Assembly: GCA_943358395.1 (NCBI GenBank)
Contig: CALRGY010000002.1
Location: 1-58,166 of the forward strand
Origin: Candidatus Uhrbacteria bacterium
GTDB taxonomy: Bacteria > Patescibacteriota > Patescibacteriia > UBA9934
DNA length: 58,166 nt
Direction of reading: 5' to 3'
Positions within the stretch are counted from its first letter, which is position 1; every line of letters begins with the position of its first letter. The notes beneath the pieces were generated by a model. The model was not told the DNA's origin, made no database searches, and saw only the letters and a program-made list of their open reading frames with translations. Below are positions 10,581 to 20,208 of this stretch, piece by piece. The translations under genes and the position numbers were made by a program.

Positions 10581-10704
10581 CAAAACATCGTAATTTTGTT
10601 CAGGACTAGGAGGAGCATGAGCAATTGCCGAAGACGTACTTCTTGGTACGACGAGGCAATGCGCAATGTTCCGACAACGTCCTGGACGAAATTACGATGT
10701 TTTG
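10581..10704. repeat. ~125-bp palindromic element, copy 2 (divergent arms), at tRNA-Ala 3' end
   Basis: IR CAAAACATCGTAATTTTGTTCAGGAC/GTCCTGGACGAAATTACGATGTTTTG; core GACGTACTTCTTGGTACG. Confidence 0.75.
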
Positions 10705-10780
10705 TGGTGGACCAACAGGGACTCGAACCCTGGACCCTCTGCTTGCAAAGCAGATGCTCTACCAACTGAGCTATTGGCCC
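10705..10780 (-). tRNA. tRNA-Ala(UGC)
   Basis: Cloverleaf, anticodon TGC, G3:U70, encoded CCA. Confidence 0.97.
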
Positions 10781-10821
10781 GCACTTGAGCAGGAATAGTG
10801 TAGCAAACTCGCAAATCATCG

Positions 10822-11814
10822 TCAAAGCATGACGGCATTTACCGGAACCTCACCCGCTAAGAATTCTTCGATGTTTTTGACGACTTGGCGGCTCATAGCA
10901 GTGCGGGCGCTGAACGTGGCGCTGCCGGTGTGGGGAGTGAGAATGACGTTTTTGAGGTTGCGCAGGCGATCGGCGAGAACGGGAGTACGGGCAAGATTCG
11001 GTTCGCCTTCGAACACGTCGAGTCCGGCACCGGCGATGATTCTGTTTTCGAGTGCATCGACGAGTGCAACGGTATCAACGATGGCGCCTCGTGCAGTATT
11101 GATGAGTATCGCGTTCGGCTTCATCATCGCAAGTGCCGTAGCATCGATGAGATGCGTGGTCGATGGGAGTAGGGGAACGTGCAGGCTCACGATGTCCGAT
11201 TCCTGGAGCACAGAATCTCTGGACATGAATTCTGCGCCAACCTCTGCCTCGAACGTAGGATTCGGTTTGAGATCGGTGTACACAATCCGCATATCGAATC
11301 CATGTTTCATCCTTCGTGCTACGTCAGATCCAATCGCTCCACTGCCGATGATTCCAAGAGTTTTTCCACAAATGTCGGCACCGAGAAGAAGTTCCGGCCC
11401 CCAGCCGGTATAGTTGCCGCCGCGAAGAAAACAATCGGTTTCAACAATACGTTTTGCAACGGCAAACATAAGTGCAATTGTATGTTCTGCCACGGCTGCA
11501 TTGCTTTCTGGTGTCGGCGCATTGGTGACAATAATTCCGCGCTTTTTCGCTTCTGCACCGTCGATATTATCGAACCCAACGCCGTAATTCGCGATCATTT
11601 TCAGGCTTGGCCCCGCGGCATCCATCACGTCTGCATCGATGGTATCGGTAAGAATTGAAAGAAGAATATCAGCCCCAACAATGCGCGTGAGAAGTTCTTT
11701 TCGAGGAATGATGCCGCTTCCTGTGAAAACATCCACGATAATATTCGGCATTGACCGCAGCAGCTCGATTCCTGGGGAGGGAATGTGGCGAGTGACGAAG
11801 ATTCGTGTTGGCAT
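10822..11814 (-). CDS. D-2-hydroxyacid dehydrogenase (glyoxylate/D-glycerate reductase family)
   Basis: GVGFDNID, GIIGSGAIG, INTARG, LDVFEGEP, TPHTGSAT. Confidence 0.93.
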   Translation of the reverse strand: MPTRIFVTRHIPSPGIELLRSMPNIIVDVFTGSGIIPRKELLTRIVGADILLSILTDTIDADVMDAAGPSLKMIANYGVGFDNIDGAEAKKRGIIVTNAPTPESNAAVAEHTIALMFAVAKRIVETDCFLRGGNYTGWGPELLLGADICGKTLGIIGSGAIGSDVARRMKHGFDMRIVYTDLKPNPTFEAEVGAEFMSRDSVLQESDIVSLHVPLLPSTTHLIDATALAMMKPNAILINTARGAIVDTVALVDALENRIIAGAGLDVFEGEPNLARTPVLADRLRNLKNVILTPHTGSATFSARTAMSRQVVKNIEEFLAGEVPVNAVML

Positions 11815-11859
11815 AAACAAATAGCAGACGATGATTCGTCTGCTATTGTAGCACTTCGC

Positions 11860-12639
11860 TTACTGTACCGATGACCAATCTAACGAATTCTTCACGACGA
11901 GCCATTCTGCATTTGTCGCGCCAACTTCATCGAACGTGAGTTCGATGTATTTTGTCGCGTTGGTAAATCGAAGAATATGAAAAACTCCGTTTAACCCTCC
12001 TGCGGCTTGTTCAGAAGCCGTGCCATCGATGGAGACAAGCGTCCCTCCGGAAACCGAAGAGGAAGTGACGTTGAGATTCGTGTACTCAGCATCGTCTGCT
12101 TTTGACCTTTCGGCGTAATCGGCCTTGATCTTTTCAACATCCATGAGAGCTGCCTTTTCTTTTGTGAGTGTTACGATAGAGAGTCGTGCTGGGTTCGGTA
12201 TGCCACCGCATTCATTGCACACTTCATACACACCTTTGGTCGCCTCGAATGTTGCAAGAATACTCTCATTAAAAATGAAAACACCAGTATTCCATGCGCC
12301 ACTCCACGTAATTGGTAGTGTAAGCGATGGTAATGTTCCCTTGGTTTTTGTGCCATCAAGACTTGCACCAAGGACTGGCGATGAGGTGATATTTGTCGGT
12401 GCGACATCACACGCATCAGAAATTCGTGTGAGGTTTGTGGTGATGGCGTTGATGCTGCCGTTTTGGCAGGCAGAGGCAATATCGGCTATTGATGGGGAAT
12501 TGGAGGTTTTTGTGAGAAGGAGCCCGACGATGATGAGTGAGAAAACGGCAATCCACGTCAAGAGAATAAGCATCCAGATATGAATTTTACTTGGTGGAGT
12601 GTGCTGAGCGTCTTGTGTATTTTCGGAAAACGATTCCAT
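11860..12639 (-). CDS. Hypothetical membrane-anchored protein
   Basis: 259 aa with a single N-terminal TM helix. Confidence 0.7.
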   Translation of the reverse strand: MESFSENTQDAQHTPPSKIHIWMLILLTWIAVFSLIIVGLLLTKTSNSPSIADIASACQNGSINAITTNLTRISDACDVAPTNITSSPVLGASLDGTKTKGTLPSLTLPITWSGAWNTGVFIFNESILATFEATKGVYEVCNECGGIPNPARLSIVTLTKEKAALMDVEKIKADYAERSKADDAEYTNLNVTSSSVSGGTLVSIDGTASEQAAGGLNGVFHILRFTNATKYIELTFDEVGATNAEWLVVKNSLDWSSVQ

Positions 12640-12651
12640 AGAGGAGGATCA

Positions 12652-13641
12652 TTATGCTTTGCGGATGCGGTAGGTATGCAGCTCGCGTTCTTTGGGCCAC
12701 TTCGTGAGTATACCAGTCTTCGCTCCTACATGTTGCACCACGCTTTCTGCGTTCATGGTGCCAAGGCGCAGTGCGTCTTCGATAGTCATGCCGCTCGCGA
12801 TTGCTGCGGTGAATGCAGAACCGAATGCGTCGCCGGCACCGGTACGGGAAATGGATGCCACGCCAGATGTTCTGCAGTGCCATGTTAATTTGTCCTTATG
12901 TGCATGCGCACCATTTTGTCCGTCGGTTACCACGATAATCGATCCTGGAAGTGCTAAAAGCTCGCATTGTATTTTGGGATCGTTGGACGATTTTCCTGTG
13001 AGCATTTGTGCTTCTTGAAGATTCACGATGAGGAGGGAAACGAGCTTGCGAATAGGATCAAGGCCTCTGCCGCTCTTTAATTCTTGTGCCCCTGGGTTCC
13101 ACGCAAGAAAGATACCTTTCTTTTCGCATACTTTCGCAATGGAAAGTGCGAGCGCTACATTGCCTCCCAATGATGTGAGATACACGATGTCCGATGAAAT
13201 TTTGGAAAGCTTTACATCTTTTTCGCTGAAATTTGCGCTTGCGCCACGAAAAACCAGAGCGGTTCGTTCGCCACCTTCTGCGGTAAGCAGCGTGCTGTAC
13301 GACGTGGATTCTTTTTTTGCGACGGTGATGAGGAATGTGTCAACACCGCGTGTTGCGCAATCGGTAAGAATATCGCGCCCAGAGGCATCGTCACCAATGC
13401 GGGTCATAATGCGAGTAGGGAAGGTAAGAGCAGCGAATGTTGCTGCGGCATTTGTGGCGCCACCACCAGTGGTTACGGTGAGTGCGTCGATATCGATCTT
13501 GGACCCGAGAGTCACGCATTCCGCAAGAACGCTGGGGTTGCCTGGCATTGGCATGATTTTGAACAGTTTGGAGAAAAGAAAAACATCGCGAGAAGCAGAG
13601 CCGATGGTAAGAACAGAGGGGAGAGACATAGGGGTATGCAT
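12652..13641 (-). CDS. PfkB family carbohydrate kinase
   Basis: GGGATNAA, TGAGDAFGS. Confidence 0.92.
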   Translation of the reverse strand: MHTPMSLPSVLTIGSASRDVFLFSKLFKIMPMPGNPSVLAECVTLGSKIDIDALTVTTGGGATNAAATFAALTFPTRIMTRIGDDASGRDILTDCATRGVDTFLITVAKKESTSYSTLLTAEGGERTALVFRGASANFSEKDVKLSKISSDIVYLTSLGGNVALALSIAKVCEKKGIFLAWNPGAQELKSGRGLDPIRKLVSLLIVNLQEAQMLTGKSSNDPKIQCELLALPGSIIVVTDGQNGAHAHKDKLTWHCRTSGVASISRTGAGDAFGSAFTAAIASGMTIEDALRLGTMNAESVVQHVGAKTGILTKWPKERELHTYRIRKA

Positions 13642-14471
13642 TATCGTGCGGCGTGTTTCTTCCAGAGCTTCACGTAATGTGTGTAGTGTTTTGCGATAGC
13701 ATCAACAGCTTGCGCACGCGTGATTAATTTCTCCGTGTATTTCTTTACTGGATCGAAGAAAATCGTTCGTCCAATGGCAAAGCCGTCAACAACCCCGCTT
13801 TTTGCCGCAGTCACTACCCATTCGTCCACAACCTTCATCGACGCACCTCGTCCAAGAAGAATCATTGGCACCTTCGCAATTTTCGCAAGGCTTTTCCAGT
13901 CTTTTTGTGTTGGCATGGGTTCGAGTTTCCATATTGCCGGGCGAATGCCGTGGTTGTGCATGTCGCGAATAGCGATCGTTGCGCGTTTCAATGGCGAGGG
14001 TTTCCCGTGAAGCAACGGCTCCAGCATGAGGGGAATACCATCTTCAATACAGAAATCGCTGAGCGCACGAAGCTTTTTCATTTTTTCTTCGTTGAGATCA
14101 GTATCACCTACAGTGTAGTTGACGAGGACTTTTGCGAAGGTTGGATCGTGGGCAATGAGTGCACGACCGAATCCAGCACCGTGAACGAATTGCAATGTGC
14201 TCCCACCGCTTTTTTCGGTGGAAACAATGGTGGTGATGCCGAGCTTTTTTGCTTTTGCAATAACGGCACCGCCAAATTCATCATCAACGAGAACGCCGCA
14301 ATCACCTTCTTTTTGCATTGTGGAATATGCCTGCAAAAAACCATCGAAAATAATGGACCTTAGGGCGACGAGTTTCTTTCCGATGATTGCATTCGGTGGA
14401 TACGCTACACCAAAGAGCTCGTGGGTGATACCGTTCCTGTGATCAAACGGAAGGATAAAAAGGGGCTTCAT
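13641..14471 (-). CDS. DUF2090 / class I aldolase-like protein
   Basis: LFILPFDHR, GVLVDDEFG, IWKLE, LLGRG, GFAIGRTIF. Confidence 0.85.
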   Translation of the reverse strand: MKPLFILPFDHRNGITHELFGVAYPPNAIIGKKLVALRSIIFDGFLQAYSTMQKEGDCGVLVDDEFGGAVIAKAKKLGITTIVSTEKSGGSTLQFVHGAGFGRALIAHDPTFAKVLVNYTVGDTDLNEEKMKKLRALSDFCIEDGIPLMLEPLLHGKPSPLKRATIAIRDMHNHGIRPAIWKLEPMPTQKDWKSLAKIAKVPMILLGRGASMKVVDEWVVTAAKSGVVDGFAIGRTIFFDPVKKYTEKLITRAQAVDAIAKHYTHYVKLWKKHAAR

Positions 14472-14500
14472 ATACAGCGAACAGTATACCGCACGCCTTG

Positions 14501-15028
14501 TTATATGTCGGATCGGTGATATATGTACCACGGCACCAATCGATCGCCACGGATTGTTTGCACGGGCTCGACGTTGGGAAACGGCCACGCTTCTATTGCG
14601 ACGACTGCTTCTGGTTTGAGCTCGCGTTTCAGGGTTGCGATGAACTTTGGGTACGCCTTTTGCATGAGAAAGGCTACAACAACATCGGCATCACTGAAGT
14701 GTTTGGTGAAAAAGTTACCGAATCGGAGTGAGACGTTTTTGTAGCGGACGGGGTGGCGAAATTTGACGAGGTATCCAAGAAAAAGGGGGAGGAGCGCAAC
14801 GTCGTAGCCGATGCAGCGTGCCCGTGGATACCGATCAGCAAACTCGAAAAGGATAGATCCGCTGCCGCACCCAAGATCGTAAATCGTTGATGCGTCATCG
14901 ATGACTAGGTTTTCGACTAACAGTTTACGTTGTGCAGAAAGGGTCGGCACCCACGGCGCAGCAAGCACACAGCCCCATGCCATGGTGCCAATAATGATAA
15001 AGAAGATGAAAAAGAGCAGGGAAGGCAT
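14501..15028 (-). CDS. Class I SAM-dependent methyltransferase with N-terminal TM helix
   Basis: APWVPT, YDLGCGSG. Confidence 0.85.
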   Translation of the reverse strand: MPSLLFFIFFIIIGTMAWGCVLAAPWVPTLSAQRKLLVENLVIDDASTIYDLGCGSGSILFEFADRYPRARCIGYDVALLPLFLGYLVKFRHPVRYKNVSLRFGNFFTKHFSDADVVVAFLMQKAYPKFIATLKRELKPEAVVAIEAWPFPNVEPVQTIRGDRLVPWYIYHRSDI

Positions 15029-15036
15029 TTCAATAC

Positions 15037-15744
15037 TTATCGAGGACCGAGCATGGCGAGCAATTCTTTTTCTTCGCCAGGGGTAAGGTGCCGCCATTTG
15101 CCCTGGGGCAAGCCACCGAGCTCCACGTTCATCACGCGAATACGTTCAAGCTTTTTCACGTTCACGTGCATTGCTTCACACATTCGGCGAATTTGACGAT
15201 TCTTTCCCTCAACAAGGGTAATCGCAAAAGACATATCGCCAAGTTTTTCCACTTTTGCGGGGAATGTTTTTCGCCCAAGAATCTCGACTCCGGTGGACAT
15301 CGTTTGCACAAACTCTTCGCTCACAGCACGGTCGATAGTAACGACGTACTCTTTTTCATGCCTTCCTTCTGCGCGAAGGATTTTGTTCACAATGTCGCCG
15401 TCGTTCGTGAGAAGAATCAGCCCAGAAGATGCCACGTCCAGCCTACCAATATGGAAAATGCGCTCCGGGTATTTTACGGCCTCAATAATATTATCTTTCG
15501 CTTTTGGGTCGGAAGTACAAATAACGCCAACGGGCTTATGGTATGCAATATAGACGTGCTTTTCCGAAGGCGGCGCCACGCGCTTGCCCCGTACCGTAAT
15601 CTCTTCTGTGCCATCCACCTTGGTGCCAAGCTCCGCCTTTACCCCATTAACCGCAATTTTCCCTGCAACCATGAGCCGATCCGCCTCTCTCCGTGAGCAC
15701 ACCCCTGCGTCTACCAAGTATTTGTTGAGTCGCATCACGGACAT
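15037..15744 (-). CDS. RsuA/RluF-family pseudouridine synthase
   Basis: S4 domain RLNKYL..SRREAD, GRLDVASSGL, EGKNRQIRRM. Confidence 0.93.
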   Translation of the reverse strand: MSVMRLNKYLVDAGVCSRREADRLMVAGKIAVNGVKAELGTKVDGTEEITVRGKRVAPPSEKHVYIAYHKPVGVICTSDPKAKDNIIEAVKYPERIFHIGRLDVASSGLILLTNDGDIVNKILRAEGRHEKEYVVTIDRAVSEEFVQTMSTGVEILGRKTFPAKVEKLGDMSFAITLVEGKNRQIRRMCEAMHVNVKKLERIRVMNVELGGLPQGKWRHLTPGEEKELLAMLGPR

Positions 15745-15806
15745 ATGCACAGAACAATAGCCGAAGTGTCGGTTTTTTGCTAGAGTTTGTGTATAATCCG
15801 ATGTAT

Positions 15807-16124
15807 ATGGCAACGCAGATCGAGGAAAGAATTAAGCAGTTACTAGATGCAATCAAAGAATTCGAGGCTTTTTTGGATAAAGATCCTAATGCACGAAGAA
15901 TTGAGAGCGAAATGAATGATTTTCAAGAAAAAGTGAGAAAGATTACCGGTGGCCATCCCTTAATCAATAACATGAATCTGGAAATACGAATGGGTCAGAG
16001 CGGGAACATGCTTAATGTTGCTCGCGAGATTCTTTCCGAGCTTCGAGAAGTAGAGAGACAGGAGCCAGGGAAAGAGAAAAAAAGTGACATCGTGCGCATG
16101 CCCGGTAGACCAATTTTCCATTGA
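15807..16124 (+). CDS. Hypothetical protein
   Basis: ORF preceded by TATAAT and followed by a hairpin. Confidence 0.6.
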   Translation: MATQIEERIKQLLDAIKEFEAFLDKDPNARRIESEMNDFQEKVRKITGGHPLINNMNLEIRMGQSGNMLNVAREILSELREVERQEPGKEKKSDIVRMPGRPIFH

Positions 16125-16127
16125 TTC

Positions 16128-16161
16128 AAAATGACGACTCACTCTGAGTCGTCATTCTTTC
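16128..16161. terminator. Bidirectional terminator
   Basis: AATGACGACTCA-CTC-TGAGTCGTCATT between convergent genes. Confidence 0.7.
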
Positions 16162-17150
16162 TACCCCTTCTTTTTCATCGCTTGTTTCACCGCCTTCACG
16201 ATCCACGGCGCGGTCATACGGTAATACTCGAGGAGTTCGGCGGGGGTGCCGGATTGGCCGAATTCGTCGTGCATGCCAATGCGGAGAATGGGGACGGGGC
16301 ATTCTTGGGAGAGAAGTTCGCAGACAGCTCCGCCAAGCCCGCCGGCGATTTGGGCTTCTTCGACGGTGACGATTGCACCGCATTCCTGTGCTGCGGCGAT
16401 GATTGTTTCTTCGTCGAGAGGTTTAATGGATGGGCAGTTGATCACACGAACCTCGATGCCAAGTTTTTCACAATCGCGTGCCGCTTTCAGCGCCTCGTAC
16501 ACCAATGCACCGCATGCGATGATCGCAACATCGTTTCCCTTGGTGAGCGTTTGCGCCTTGCCGATCTCGAATGGTGATGATGGTGTGGTAAAGATCGGCG
16601 TTGCCTCTCTGCCGAGTCGAAGATACACGGGGCCGTCGATAGCCGCCGCAGCAACCGTTGCCTTTTCTGCTTCAAGAGCATCGCACGGGCAGAGCACGGT
16701 CATGTTCGGTAGCACGCGCATAAGGGCAATGTCTTCTGTCATTTGATGCGTTGCCCCGTCTGCGCCAACAGAAATACCAGCATGTGAGCCGACAATTTTG
16801 AGATTTACGTTTTGGATGCATCCGGTTGTGCGAATCTGTTCCCAGTTTCTTCCGGGGGAGAATGCGGCATAGCTCGCGATGAAGGGAATTTTTCCGGCAA
16901 GCGCCATGCCAGAAGCGATAGCTGCGAGCGATTGTTCAGACACTCCCATTTGAATGAATCGATTAGGAAACGCGTTCTTAAAATCGAGAACCCGTGTGGA
17001 TTCGCTTAAGTCGGCGCACAGCGCAACCACTCGAGCATCATTCTTTCCAGCAATTACCAGCCCACGTCCAAACCCATTCCGTGTTGGCTCGGTTTTGATG
17101 GTTTTCGCGAAAAGATCACGAACGAGTTTTGCGCTTGCGCGAACGGTCAT
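16161..17150 (-). CDS. Transketolase, C-terminal subunit
   Basis: ADLSES, GVSEQ, GADGATHQMTED, GPVYLR, IKPLD. Confidence 0.95.
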   Translation of the reverse strand: MTVRASAKLVRDLFAKTIKTEPTRNGFGRGLVIAGKNDARVVALCADLSESTRVLDFKNAFPNRFIQMGVSEQSLAAIASGMALAGKIPFIASYAAFSPGRNWEQIRTTGCIQNVNLKIVGSHAGISVGADGATHQMTEDIALMRVLPNMTVLCPCDALEAEKATVAAAAIDGPVYLRLGREATPIFTTPSSPFEIGKAQTLTKGNDVAIIACGALVYEALKAARDCEKLGIEVRVINCPSIKPLDEETIIAAAQECGAIVTVEEAQIAGGLGGAVCELLSQECPVPILRIGMHDEFGQSGTPAELLEYYRMTAPWIVKAVKQAMKKKG

Positions 17151-17153
17151 AGT

Positions 17154-18146
17154 CTAGCGGCGTTTTTTGGTATCGGTGGTGTGTCGGCGTGTGACGAGCC
17201 AGTACACTAAGGCAACGATGCCTACGGGAATCCCGATCGCTGCGCCGACGATGGCGATCCAGATGATGGCGCTGAGGGCACGTTGACCAAGCACGATGAC
17301 GAGGGCGACGGCAGAATTTGCGTCGCGGGCGGGATTGAATTTGTCGGAACTTGCGCTGTTTGCTGTGGTTTCTTCGGAAATGCTGACGGAAATGGTGGCA
17401 AGGGCAGTGTGATTTTCAAGGTATCCAATTTGTCCTTGGAGTGACTCGATGGTGAGTCGAACCTCGGCAAGATGTTCCTGTACGGCAAGAACGTCGCCAA
17501 CGGATGTTGCGGTTTTGAGGATGACGAGATATTGCGCTTCTTGCGCTTGTGCTGCAGTAAGGCGTGCGGAAAGATCGGTGTACTGCTCTGTAACATCTTC
17601 GCCGGAAACTGATTCGGTGCTGATGTGAACGCCAAGTGCTTTGATTGCGAGCATGATTGCCTCGAAGCGTGCAACCGGAACGCGTACCGTCATCAATGCT
17701 GTCGCTTCACCCCTTGTATTCTCTCGTCCCGATGATTCCGCGACGAATCCTTCATCGTTTGCGAGTGGGGACGATGATGTGGTGACTATGGCGGTGATGG
17801 CATTCACGGTTGCCGAAACATCGTTCGATGTCATGTCAACGAAGCCGGTTTTGATAACGCGTGCTTGCTCCGGAGCATCGAAATCATCGGAGAATATAGT
17901 AGGAGATGGTGATGCGGTAGTCGCGGATGTATCAAAGCCCATCATCGCTGGGGCGTCACCAGCATACTGTGGGAACGATACCGAGCGCATGCCGCCACCC
18001 GATTCATCGGTACCGCTCCAGTTCCGCATCATGCCCGGGGCATACGAAACGCTGGCATATGTGGCAAGAAGAATAAGGGCAACGACGGTAATGCCGGTCA
18101 TGAGAAGAATGCGGGCGACTTTTGCCAGGAATGATGGGGTGTTCAT
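17154..18146 (-). CDS. DUF4349 domain protein
   Basis: VIKTG, TVRVP, EDVTEQYTDL, IESLQGQ, C-terminal TM helix. Confidence 0.85.
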   Translation of the reverse strand: MNTPSFLAKVARILLMTGITVVALILLATYASVSYAPGMMRNWSGTDESGGGMRSVSFPQYAGDAPAMMGFDTSATTASPSPTIFSDDFDAPEQARVIKTGFVDMTSNDVSATVNAITAIVTTSSSPLANDEGFVAESSGRENTRGEATALMTVRVPVARFEAIMLAIKALGVHISTESVSGEDVTEQYTDLSARLTAAQAQEAQYLVILKTATSVGDVLAVQEHLAEVRLTIESLQGQIGYLENHTALATISVSISEETTANSASSDKFNPARDANSAVALVIVLGQRALSAIIWIAIVGAAIGIPVGIVALVYWLVTRRHTTDTKKRR

Positions 18147-19027
18147 AGGCTTTCGTTAGATATTTTTCCTCCCAGGGTGCGAAGGTCTTTGAGTGCAGAT
18201 GTCAGCTCTGTGCGATTCTTTGGGGGCTTGCCGTGCCAGCTTGGCTCACATTCCATGAAGCTCACGCCTTTGCCCGGAATGGTATGTGCGATGATGACGG
18301 TTGGCGCTTCCCATGTGCTTTCCCCCCGGTCGCAGGCATTAATGATGTCGCGAATGTTGTGGCCGTCAATTTCGAGTACGTTCCAGCCGAATGCGGCGAA
18401 TTTATCGTGGACGGGTTCCAGCGGCATAATGTCCTCCGTGTAGCCGTCGATTTGAATGTTGTTGCGATCAATAATCCACGTGAGGTTGTTGAGTTGATAC
18501 TTTGCAGCGAAGAGTGCAGCTTCCCAAGTAATCCCGCATTCCAGTTCACCGTCGCTCATCACGCAGTACGTGTGCCACGGCGCGCCATCCATCTTTGCGG
18601 CATATGCGGCGCCAACGGCTTGGGATGATCCGTCGCCCAGCGGGCCCGAGGTATTCTCGAGGCTTGGCAGATAACGAATTTCCGGGTGGCCTTGTAATCG
18701 TGATCCGAATTTTCGCAGAGTACTCAGCTCATCGACGGGGAAGTATCCTGCACGCGCCATCGCTGCATATCGCACCGGAACAATATGGCCATTGCTGAGA
18801 AAGAGTCGATCACGGTCTGCCCAGTGTGGTTGCTTAGGCCGATGCTGAAGAATATGAAAGTAGAGCGCCGTGAAAATATCCGCCATGCCCAGTGGCCCTG
18901 CACTATGCCCGCTACCAGCAGTCGTCAACATGGTTAAAATATCCTGACGAATCGTATTCGCAAGAAGCTCAAGTGTGCGGACTTCAGAATCAGTGATGGT
19001 AGAAACGCTGTGGCGGCGGGGAGGCAT
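18143..19027 (-). CDS. Transketolase, N-terminal subunit
   Basis: AGSGH, RDRLFLSNGH, LQGHP, SDGE, DRNNIQIDG; start 6 nt after TATACT. Confidence 0.95.
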   Translation of the reverse strand: MPPRRHSVSTITDSEVRTLELLANTIRQDILTMLTTAGSGHSAGPLGMADIFTALYFHILQHRPKQPHWADRDRLFLSNGHIVPVRYAAMARAGYFPVDELSTLRKFGSRLQGHPEIRYLPSLENTSGPLGDGSSQAVGAAYAAKMDGAPWHTYCVMSDGELECGITWEAALFAAKYQLNNLTWIIDRNNIQIDGYTEDIMPLEPVHDKFAAFGWNVLEIDGHNIRDIINACDRGESTWEAPTVIIAHTIPGKGVSFMECEPSWHGKPPKNRTELTSALKDLRTLGGKISNESL

Positions 19028-19090
19028 GGAAGAAGTATACCAGGGACTTGAAAGAGAAAATGACAGACGGAAACGGAGTACGACGTATTC

Positions 19091-19724
19091 CAGACCCTGA
19101 GGCTTCGCCGAAGGGCCTCCGTCAGGATTCTGTGCCTCGGAGATCGGATACAAACAGAGCGTAAATTGCATTCGAGGCCCTTCGGCGAAGCCTCAGGGTC
19201 TGTTTTCGATTCGTGAGCGATTACGAAACCAGATCCTGAGTACCAACGAAGGTTCTCGAATGTAGCCTACCCGATTACGTTTGCGATGTATCATTGGTCA
19301 GTATGAATGTCGGAATTTACATCATGACGAACGCGTCTCATTCCACGCTGTACGTTGGTATGAGTACGGATCTTCCTGAGCGCATTGCGTCGCATAAAGA
19401 AGGTCTCGTCGACGGATTTGCGAAGAAATATCGATGCACGATTCTTGTCTATTACGAAGGATGTGACAGTATTGATCATGCGTATATTCGTGAGAAGCAG
19501 ATCAAAGGCTGGACACGAAACAAGAAAGTCGCATTGATTCAGATGCGTAATCCAACGTGGAATGACGTGTATAAGGAATTGATTGCAGAGTCGGTGTAGT
19601 GGCGATTTATTAAATCTGGGGTGCTCAGATCCTGAGTATTAATGAAGGATCTCGAACGCAGCCTACGCTTCTGCTTCATCAACAGAATCCTGGCGGAGGC
19701 CCTTCGGCAGAGCCTCAGGGTCTG
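19091..19724. mobile_element. Putative GIY-YIG cassette bounded by 43-bp inverted repeats with REP-like palindromes
   Basis: 19091-19133 inverted at 19682-19724; five CAGAYCCTGAG-N6/7-YGAAGG units. Confidence 0.7.
19303..19599 (+). CDS. Stand-alone GIY-YIG nuclease family protein
   Basis: GIYIMTN..TLYVG...RIASH..LVYYE...REKQIKGW.R.KK..LI...NP.W. Confidence 0.93.
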   Translation: MNVGIYIMTNASHSTLYVGMSTDLPERIASHKEGLVDGFAKKYRCTILVYYEGCDSIDHAYIREKQIKGWTRNKKVALIQMRNPTWNDVYKELIAESV

Positions 19725-19855
19725 TGAAATCGTTCGAAACATCATTGCGAATGATGGGATTGAGAGCTTGTAGAGGTATGAGTTCAAAAACAAAAACGAG
19801 GCTTTGGAGCCTCGCTGATGGGTAGAGATGATGCATCTTTATGTTTCTCTTTGAC

Positions 19856-20179
19856 TCATGCTATAGACTCAAGCGATTTAAGCATAGCGGCATGTTCGGC
19901 AATAAGATCTGCTTTGAGCTTGGAGTCTGTTGTATACGTACTAAGTGTGCTCGCGATATATTCATGGCTCATCCCCGGCCCAATTTGTGCGAGCTGTTTT
20001 CTGGGTTCTGTAACATTCACGCCACGTTGCTCTGCTGCATCGATCATTATTGTCATGCGCGCGATCGTTGCTATCTTTTTTTCGGTATTCCTTGCAATCA
20101 TGAGTCGTCTCTGTTCCTGCTCTTCTGGACCAAGGTTCCGCAACTGTTGCAGTACATTCATTTCAGTATTGGGTTCCAT
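19856..20179 (-). CDS. Hypothetical protein
   Basis: Helical ORF co-oriented with upstream gene. Confidence 0.55.
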   Translation of the reverse strand: MEPNTEMNVLQQLRNLGPEEQEQRRLMIARNTEKKIATIARMTIMIDAAEQRGVNVTEPRKQLAQIGPGMSHEYIASTLSTYTTDSKLKADLIAEHAAMLKSLESIA

Positions 20180-20208
20180 AAGATGTATGTTGAGCAAGAT
20201 GAATAATT

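Noticed and set aside
19091..19724. CRISPR array interpretation of the repeats
   Set aside because: Units are in mixed orientation, lack regular unique spacers, and no cas genes are present
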